In this document: positions 14,790 through 20,223 of the stretch, in pieces
Layout: each line of letters begins with the position of its first letter
How positions within the stretch are numbered: the stretch's first letter is position 1
Source of the DNA: Archangium sp.
GTDB taxonomy: Bacteria > Myxococcota > Myxococcia > Myxococcales > Myxococcaceae
Reading direction: 5' to 3'
Length of the DNA: 20,223 nucleotides
Assembly: GCA_031367385.1 (NCBI GenBank)
Contig: JANLPS010000337.1
Span: 1-20,223 of the forward strand
Notes under the pieces: generated by a model
Seen by the model: the letters and a program-made list of their open reading frames with translations, nothing else
What the model was told of the DNA's origin: nothing
Databases searched by the model: none
Program-made: the position numbers and the translations under genes

Positions 14790-16436
14790 TTACGCACCGT
14801 CGTCAAGACCCCATTCTTTCAATCGCTTGTAGAGCCGGGAGCGTGACATTTGGAGCTGTTTGGCCGCCCGGTCGCGATTGCCGGCATGGTGGTCGAGCAC
14901 GGTGACGACGATCAACTTCTCGGCGTCTTCGAGGAGAGCCTCGAGCGAGACCCCCTCGGGCACGCGGCCATCGAGCCGCAATACCCCCGCCGCGTCGGGG
15001 GCGCTTGGAGTGTCGAAGGTGATGTCGCCGGCCTCGAGGTCGTCGCCCTTTCGCAGCAACAGCCCCCGGTGAATCACGTTGCGCAGTTCTCGAATGTTGC
15101 CGGGCCAGGTGTGTCTGCGCAGCCGCTCCACAGCGTCGGCGCTGAGCCGTATGGTCTGCCCGCGAGGCGCGAACAGCTTCACGAAATGATCAGCCAGTGG
15201 GTGCACGTCTGACACGCGGTTGCGCAACGGCACCAGGGTCAGCGGTATCACGCACAAGCGGTAGTAGAGGTCTTCGCGAAACTTGCCCGCACGGGCCAGT
15301 GCCATCAGGTCGCGGTTGGTCGCGGCCACGATGCGCACATCGACGTTCATCGGCTTGGCAGAGCCCACGCGCTTGATCTCGCCCGATTCGAGCGCGCGCA
15401 ACAGCTTGGCCTGCATTTCGAGCGGCAGCTCGCCGATCTCATCGAGAAAAATGGTGCCGCCGTCGGCTTCTTCGAAGGCGCCTTTGTGCGTCGAGGCGGC
15501 CCCGGTGAACGAGCCCTTTTCGTGCCCGAACAGCTCGCTCTCGATCAGCTCTCTCGAGATCGCCGCGCAATTGACGGGGATGAAGGGCTTGTCTGCTCTG
15601 CGAGAGCGAGCGTGAATGGCGCGCGCCACCAGCTCTTTGCCGGTGCCCGATTCGCCGAAGACGGCCACCGCGGCGTTCGACGGGGCGACCCGCTCGATGA
15701 GCTCGGCGAGCTGCGCGACCGAGGGGTCGTTGCCGATGATGCCCTGGTAGTTGTTGACCACGCCGCGTGAGCTGGTGGCCTGGGGCTCGATGGTGAGCTC
15801 GGCTTCGCCCAACCGCAGCCCCGTGTAGAGGGGCACTTCGGCCTCGTACACGCGCACGGCCCCAAGCCAGGTGCCGTTGGTCGACTGTTGATCGACCAGG
15901 TGAAATCGGTTGCCCTCGCGCGTGACCTTGAGGTGTCGGCTCGAGACGAATTTCTGGTTGAGCACCAGATCATTGTTGTCGTCTTTGCCGATGGTGAAGC
16001 TGTCGCTCTGCAGCTTGTGAACGACGTCTTTGTTGGGGCCCTTGACCCGAACTTGCGCGGCCAGCCGGGGCGCCTGGTGCAGCGCGGTCGACGAGATCAG
16101 CTCGGTGGTGTTGCCAACCTCGGTGGTCTCGCTGCCGTCGAAGCTGCTGTGGGCGCGAAAGACCGCTCGCCACTGACCCAGCACGATGTCGGTACCGTCA
16201 GCCATCTCACCGGCAGTCAGCTTTTCGCCGCCGATGACGGTGCCCTTCTTCGACAGATCTTCGAAGCGGCAAGACGTACCCGCGGTGAACAGCAGCGAGA
16301 GTTGGTTTCGCGAGACCTCGGGGTCTGGCACGACGACGTCGCACTTCTCACCACGCCCCACGACGACCTGCTTGTCGGGTTCGAGCGAAAATCGCAGCAC
16401 CTCTTCTCCACGACGGAAGAATACGAGCTCAGCCAT
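14790..16436 (-). CDS. Sigma54-dependent enhancer-binding protein with two N-terminal FHA domains
   Basis: FHA1 (VGRGEKCD...VSR), FHA2 (IGK...VSSRH...STNGT), Walker A GESGTGKE, ESELFGHEKGSFTGA, Walker B IFLDEIGE, FREDLYYRL, WPGNIRELRN and a Fis-type HTH. Confidence 0.95.
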   Translation of the reverse strand: MAELVFFRRGEEVLRFSLEPDKQVVVGRGEKCDVVVPDPEVSRNQLSLLFTAGTSCRFEDLSKKGTVIGGEKLTAGEMADGTDIVLGQWRAVFRAHSSFDGSETTEVGNTTELISSTALHQAPRLAAQVRVKGPNKDVVHKLQSDSFTIGKDDNNDLVLNQKFVSSRHLKVTREGNRFHLVDQQSTNGTWLGAVRVYEAEVPLYTGLRLGEAELTIEPQATSSRGVVNNYQGIIGNDPSVAQLAELIERVAPSNAAVAVFGESGTGKELVARAIHARSRRADKPFIPVNCAAISRELIESELFGHEKGSFTGAASTHKGAFEEADGGTIFLDEIGELPLEMQAKLLRALESGEIKRVGSAKPMNVDVRIVAATNRDLMALARAGKFREDLYYRLCVIPLTLVPLRNRVSDVHPLADHFVKLFAPRGQTIRLSADAVERLRRHTWPGNIRELRNVIHRGLLLRKGDDLEAGDITFDTPSAPDAAGVLRLDGRVPEGVSLEALLEDAEKLIVVTVLDHHAGNRDRAAKQLQMSRSRLYKRLKEWGLDDGA

Positions 16437-16470
16437 GGCGGGCGCATATCACGCGCCCAGACGATGCGAA

Positions 16471-16499
16471 GCCCGGAGCCTCACCAGAGCGCTCCGGGC
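16471..16499 (-). terminator. GC-rich hairpin downstream of the OmpA-family gene; possible weak terminator or attenuator
   Basis: GCCCGGAGC (16471-16479) / GCTCCGGGC (16491-16499), a perfect 9-bp stem with an 11-nt loop. Only TT follows on the minus strand. Confidence 0.4.
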
Positions 16500-16522
16500 C
16501 CACTTGATACAGAATGCTTGGG

Positions 16523-16996
16523 TTACGGCACGAGGGTGACGTCGACCATGCGGTCGGCCGGCCACTTCTCGGGGTCGGGCGAGGCGCCTTCTTCGCCGCG
16601 CGACGACACGTTCAAGTGCGACGCCGGCACGCCCTTGTTCTGCAGGTAGGCGGCGACCTGATCAGCGCGCGCCTTGCCCAGGTCTTTGTTGTACATCTTG
16701 CTGCCGCTCGGGTCGGTGTACCCGACCACGTTGATGCTGCGGTCTTTGAGGGCGCCGGTGGTGAAGCACACGGCCAACGAATCGAGGCGCTCCGAGGTGG
16801 TGTTGGTCAGCGTGGTCGAGTCGAGCGCGAAGAATGCATCGCCCGCGGCGTCGCCGCACGACTCGCGAATTTTCTGGTCCAACCGAACGGCGCCTTTGCT
16901 GTCAGCCGTTCGTTCTTTGCCCGCTTCGGTGTGCGCGCAGCCCACAGTGAGGCAAAAAGACATGGCCGCAACGGCACCACTGATGAAATTACGCAT
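16523..16996 (-). CDS. OmpA/Pal-family peptidoglycan-binding lipoprotein
   Basis: Start at ATG 16996 with RBS AAGGGAG; lipobox TVG-C; OmpA_C motifs FFALDSTTL, VVGYTDPSGSKMYNKDLGKARADQVAAYL and SRGE...DRMV. Confidence 0.9.
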   Translation of the reverse strand: MRNFISGAVAAMSFCLTVGCAHTEAGKERTADSKGAVRLDQKIRESCGDAAGDAFFALDSTTLTNTTSERLDSLAVCFTTGALKDRSINVVGYTDPSGSKMYNKDLGKARADQVAAYLQNKGVPASHLNVSSRGEEGASPDPEKWPADRMVDVTLVP

Positions 16997-17032
16997 GCAA
17001 GTCTCCCTTGTTGAGGTTGAAGACCTGCCGTC

Positions 17033-17048
17033 AGCAAGGGGTGTGCCG
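17033..17048 (-). promoter_or_regulatory. Sigma54 (-24/-12) promoter
   Basis: Minus strand CGGCAC-ACCCC-TTGCT versus consensus TGGCAC-N5-TTGCW (one mismatch, exact GG-N10-GC spacing). Lies in the 59-bp intergenic gap, 37 bp upstream of the OmpA-family start. Confidence 0.75.
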
Positions 17049-17055
17049 AGGTGCG

Positions 17056-18054
17056 TTACGCGACGGTCTCCGCCGTCCACCTGAAGAGTGAAGCGCCCAT
17101 CGAGATGCCGCCGCCGCTGGCGCAGAGCGCGACGAGGTCGCCCTTTTTCACGCGGCCCTTGAGCACCGCATCGTGAAGCGTGGAGGGGATGGCGCCTGAG
17201 CCCAGGTACCCCCACTCCTCCATCGTGTAATGGGTCTTGCTCATCGGGAACTTCATCACCTGCATCACCGACTCGATCACGCGCAAGTTGAGCTGGGTGA
17301 AGATGAACAAGTCGACGTCTTCGAGCTTCTCGCCAGCCTTGTCAGCGGCGTTCTTGAGCAACATCGGCCAGCGCTCGACGTTGAAGGTGGGGGGAAAGCG
17401 GCGCACGAACTTCACGTACTGATGCACATCGCCGCCCGCGGGCTTCGAGGCGCCACCCGCATAGATGCCCAGCGCGTCGTGAAAGCTGCCATCAGAGGCG
17501 AGCACGCCACCGAGGTACCCGGTCTTGGTCGGGCCTTCGACCGCCGAGACGATCGCCGCGCCGGCGCCGTCGGCGAAGAGGGTCGCGGTGGTCTTGTCCG
17601 TCCAGTCCAAGAAGCGGCTCATGCCGTAGGCGCCGACGACCAGAATGTGTTGATAGGTCGGGTCGGCCTGAATGAACTTCGAGGCCACGTCGAGCCCTGC
17701 GACGAACCCCGCGCAGGCGCTGTTGAGGTCGAAGGTGCCGGCCTTCGAGGCCTGGAGCTTGTGCTGAACCACCGACGCGGTCGCAGGGCTGGGCTGATCA
17801 GGCGTGTCGGTCGCGATGAGAATCAGGTCGAGATCAGCTGCGGTCAGCTTGGCGCGGGTGAGCGCTTCTTTGGCTGCCTCGACCACCAGATCAGAGGTGG
17901 TCTGATCTGCGCGCATGTGCCGGCGGGCCTTGATGCCGGTCTTCTCGACGACGCGGTTACCGGTGCCTTCACCGAAGCGCTTGTCGAACTCGGAGTTGGG
18001 GATGCTGGTCTCGGGGATGTACGCGCCCGTGCTGCGAATGACGGCGTTTCTCAT
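17056..18054 (-). CDS. 3-oxoacyl-ACP synthase III (FabH/KAS III)-fold protein with non-canonical active site
   Basis: TGAYIPE, KTGIKARR, ATDTPDQPSPATASVVQHKL, FDLNSACAGF (catalytic Cys), LFADGAGA and GGG. FTQLN and WGYLGS replace the usual HQAN and GNTS. Confidence 0.9.
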   Translation of the reverse strand: MRNAVIRSTGAYIPETSIPNSEFDKRFGEGTGNRVVEKTGIKARRHMRADQTTSDLVVEAAKEALTRAKLTAADLDLILIATDTPDQPSPATASVVQHKLQASKAGTFDLNSACAGFVAGLDVASKFIQADPTYQHILVVGAYGMSRFLDWTDKTTATLFADGAGAAIVSAVEGPTKTGYLGGVLASDGSFHDALGIYAGGASKPAGGDVHQYVKFVRRFPPTFNVERWPMLLKNAADKAGEKLEDVDLFIFTQLNLRVIESVMQVMKFPMSKTHYTMEEWGYLGSGAIPSTLHDAVLKGRVKKGDLVALCASGGGISMGASLFRWTAETVA

Positions 18055-18057
18055 GAC

Positions 18058-18699
18058 TTACTTTCGTGGTCTGCGTTTGGGAGGAACGGTGAGCCCCTCG
18101 AGGAGGAACCCGGTGACTTCTTCGATGACCTGATCAACGCGCCGCTTGCGATCGCCCCAGAGCACGAAGCGCATGCCGATGAAGTCGGCGATGCCCATCA
18201 AGGCGTAGGCGAGCACCTCCGCGTCCATCGAGCGAACTTCGCCTTTGTTCATCGCGGCCTGGAGCCCCTCGGTGTACCCGGCGGCGAGCGAGCGGTAGTA
18301 CCGGCGAAAGGCCGCTTCATCGACGAACTCGGCCTGGCGAATGATGCGGTAGAGCTGCCGGTGCTCAGCGGCGAAATCGAAGAAGGCGCGCAGGCCTTCG
18401 CGCTCGATCACCAGACGGTCGTCGTGGCCACCCACCCGCTTCGCGATGGCTCGGCGCAGGCGAGTGCCCAGCTCGTCAACCAGCCCCGTGAACACCGCTT
18501 CTTTGCTGGGAAAGTAGACGTAGAACGCGCCGACCGCGACTCCGGCTTCTTTGGTGATCTGCGCGATTGACGCGTGCTCAAACCCGACTTTGCCGAAGAC
18601 CTTCTCGGCACCGTCGAGGAGCGACTGACGCGTACGCTGCCCTCGCGAGGTCACCGGAGCTCGCTTCGCGGGGGCACGTGAATGTGAATTCATATTCAC
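18058..18699 (-). CDS. TetR/AcrR-family transcriptional regulator (start uncertain: GTG 18699, ATG 18693 or later)
   Basis: TRQSLLDGAEKVFGKVGFEHASIAQITKEAGVAVGAFYVYFPSKEAVF HTH, followed by a helical ligand-binding domain. Stop is 3 bp before the KAS III start. Confidence 0.93.
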   Translation of the reverse strand: MNMNSHSRAPAKRAPVTSRGQRTRQSLLDGAEKVFGKVGFEHASIAQITKEAGVAVGAFYVYFPSKEAVFTGLVDELGTRLRRAIAKRVGGHDDRLVIEREGLRAFFDFAAEHRQLYRIIRQAEFVDEAAFRRYYRSLAAGYTEGLQAAMNKGEVRSMDAEVLAYALMGIADFIGMRFVLWGDRKRRVDQVIEEVTGFLLEGLTVPPKRRPRK

Positions 18700-18702
18700 A
18701 TT
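18679..18702. promoter_or_regulatory. AT-rich palindromic operator overlapping the TetR start (probable autoregulatory site)
   Basis: AATGTGAAT-TCAT-ATTCACATT (18681-18702) is a perfect 9-bp inverted repeat. It overlaps a second near-palindrome, TGAATGTGAATTCATATTCA (18679-18698). Confidence 0.75.
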
Positions 18703-18706
18703 TGCT

Positions 18707-18736
18707 GCCGTAGCGCGAGTGAGGCCGGAGTGTCAA
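18707..18736 (-). promoter_or_regulatory. Putative sigma70 promoter of tetR-KAS III
   Basis: Perfect TTGACA (18736-18731, overlapping the upstream TGA stop), 18-bp spacer and a weak -10 TACGGC (18712-18707), immediately upstream of the palindrome. Confidence 0.5.
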
Positions 18737-19719
18737 AGCCCCAATTCGTCGAGCACCGCGTCGTGAAAGCGCGGCCTGAACTGGCGAATCTGCACATTGG
18801 CGCGGCCGTAGATGACCCGGTTGGTGAGCAGGGCCACCACGAGCTGGCGATCGAAGTCGAGCCAGAGGCTGGTGCCGGTGAAGCCGAGATGACCGATGGC
18901 GTTGGGGCCGAAGCGGTGACCGCAGCTTGGGCTCTCGGCGCTCGGGGTATCGAACCCGTAGGTGCGCGTGCTGTTCGGCGTCGTGTCTTTCGGCCAGCCG
19001 CCATAGCTGATGGTGCCGTCGAGAATGGCCTGACCGAATTTGGCGACGTCGCGGGCGCTGCCGAAGAGGCCGGCGTGGCCTGCGACTCCGTTCATCAGCC
19101 ACGCGTTGTCGTCGTCGACCTCGCCATCGCGAGAGGGGCCGACGGGCAGGCTCCACATGCCCTCTTGGCCAGGAGCGGGCTCGCGCGGCCGGGTACCCCC
19201 GGTCGAGATGGTGAGCTCTTTGGGGGAGGGGCGGTAGCCCGATTCGGCGAGCCCCAGGTGCTTGGTGAAGAGCTGATCAAGCGGGGCGCCGTGGAGCGTG
19301 CTGATCAGCTCACCGAGAATGATGAACCCGATGTCGCTGTAGATCGAAGCCTTGCCGGGGTCTGTGAGCGGCTTGGTCGCGAGCGCCGCGCTGATGACTT
19401 GCTCGCGCGTCGTGCAGGTGGCGAAGAAGGGTTTGAAGGCAGGCAGGCCCGAGCGATGGGTGAGGAGATCTGCGACGGTGACGCGCGCCGATTGAGCGTG
19501 TGAAAAAACGTCGCCAACCTTCAGCGTCGGGGAGACCTCGAGCTGACAACACAGCGCCGTGGTCGAAATCACCTTGGTGAGCGAGGCGAGATCGAACCTC
19601 GCAATCGGCGGTGCCGTGCCCCCAGAGAACACCGTCTTGCCCTGATGAATGACGACTGCGTTCGCGTGTTGAAAAACACGTTGGAGAGCCCCTTCGCGAA
19701 TCATCGCGTCGAGGCTCAC
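18733..19719 (-). CDS. Beta-lactamase-fold serine hydrolase (AmpC/AmiE-like), cytoplasmic
   Basis: FDLASLTK (SxxK), LLTHRSGLP, YSDIGFIILG, GEVDDDNA...GVAGHAGLF, GHLGFTGTSLWLD and LLTNRV. No signal peptide. Confidence 0.9.
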   Translation of the reverse strand: MSLDAMIREGALQRVFQHANAVVIHQGKTVFSGGTAPPIARFDLASLTKVISTTALCCQLEVSPTLKVGDVFSHAQSARVTVADLLTHRSGLPAFKPFFATCTTREQVISAALATKPLTDPGKASIYSDIGFIILGELISTLHGAPLDQLFTKHLGLAESGYRPSPKELTISTGGTRPREPAPGQEGMWSLPVGPSRDGEVDDDNAWLMNGVAGHAGLFGSARDVAKFGQAILDGTISYGGWPKDTTPNSTRTYGFDTPSAESPSCGHRFGPNAIGHLGFTGTSLWLDFDRQLVVALLTNRVIYGRANVQIRQFRPRFHDAVLDELGL

Positions 19720-20222
19720 TCGACGAGGCCCTCGAGCTGGCTGAGCGATTTCTTGGTTGCGTCGAGCCGAACCCTGGCCCCCAACACGACGGGCTGATTG
19801 ATGGTGCCGTGACCGATGGTGAAGCCAGAGGCGCAGGGCAACCCCGTTTCGCGCGCCAGGTCTCGCAGCACGTCAGCGCTCGAGTAGTCGGCGTCTTTTT
19901 CTTCACAGCCTGTGAACTCGCCCAGCACGATGCCGGCAAGGTCTTTGAAGGCCCCCGCGAGGGCGAGGTGGGTCCACATGCGGTCGAGTCGATAGGGTCG
20001 CTCGCCGACGTCTTCGAGCAACAGCACCGCGCCTCGCAGAGAGGGAAAGTAGGGAGTGCCCAACAACCGGGTCAGCACCGAGAGGTTGCCGCCAAGCAGC
20101 GGGCCCTCTGCAACTCCGTCGACCAAGGTGTCTTTGCCTGCGAGCGTCTCGACGGGCCGGCCTTCGAGGAGCGCGAAGAGGCGCTCGGCCACTTCTGCGC
20201 TTTGCGTGCCGAGCTGGGTGAC
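19716..20222 (-). CDS. ldcA: LD-carboxypeptidase (peptidase S66, LdcA-like), C-terminal part; 5' end outside window
   Basis: GPLLGGNLSVL..LLGTPY, LLLEDVGERPYRLDRM (catalytic Glu) and IGHG (catalytic His). Frame is open to the window edge; GTGA overlap with the hydrolase gene. Confidence 0.88.
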   Translation of the reverse strand, partial: VTQLGTQSAEVAERLFALLEGRPVETLAGKDTLVDGVAEGPLLGGNLSVLTRLLGTPYFPSLRGAVLLLEDVGERPYRLDRMWTHLALAGAFKDLAGIVLGEFTGCEEKDADYSSADVLRDLARETGLPCASGFTIGHGTINQPVVLGARVRLDATKKSLSQLEGLVE

Positions 20223-20223
20223 G

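Noticed and set aside
16997..17215. 73-aa N-terminal extension of the OmpA-family ORF, and similarly 14105-14164 for the GltG-like ORF
   Set aside because: The OmpA extension overlaps the KAS III gene and the sigma54 promoter. Downstream ATGs at 16996 and 14104 have good RBSs, and 16996 gives a proper lipoprotein signal peptide.
17056..18054. Calling the KAS III gene fabH or a pseudogene
   Set aside because: It lacks the His and Asn needed for FabH chemistry, yet has no frameshift or stop and keeps the Cys and fold motifs.
18733..19719. Antibiotic-resistance beta-lactamase
   Set aside because: No signal peptide, YSD and GHLG instead of YxN and KTG, and a housekeeping context.

Overview
GC-rich bacterial chromosome segment. 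Gene content (Glt/Nfs-like TPR and TonB-like proteins, FHA-sigma54 activator, OPX plus beta-barrel pair) points to a myxobacterium (Myxococcales). Two convergent gene runs meet at about 8635. Plus strand (1-8632): a 5'-truncated large TPR protein, a TPR lipoprotein and a small secreted protein (together resembling a gltD-gltE-gltF / nfs-type paralogue set), a RIO-type kinase with a ~300-aa disordered tail, an EVE protein, Mpl, a TlpA-like thioredoxin lipoprotein and an inositol monophosphatase. Minus strand (20223 to 8640): LD-carboxypeptidase (truncated), a beta-lactamase-fold serine hydrolase, a TetR regulator with a palindromic operator over its own start, a KAS III/FabH homologue lacking the catalytic His and Asn, an OmpA-family lipoprotein behind a sigma54 promoter, a double-FHA sigma54 activator, an ECF sigma factor with no adjacent anti-sigma, a GltG/TonB-like protein, a coiled-coil unknown, a stand-alone cNMP-binding protein, a secreted unknown, an outer-membrane beta-barrel and a short OPX (Wza) lipoprotein. 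No RNA genes, CRISPR arrays or mobile elements were seen. The best candidate for an uncharacterised system is a split Glt/Nfs-like envelope transducer flanking an orphan polysaccharide export gate, with a possible sigma54-to-ECF regulatory cascade. All family calls come from motif recognition; no searches were run.
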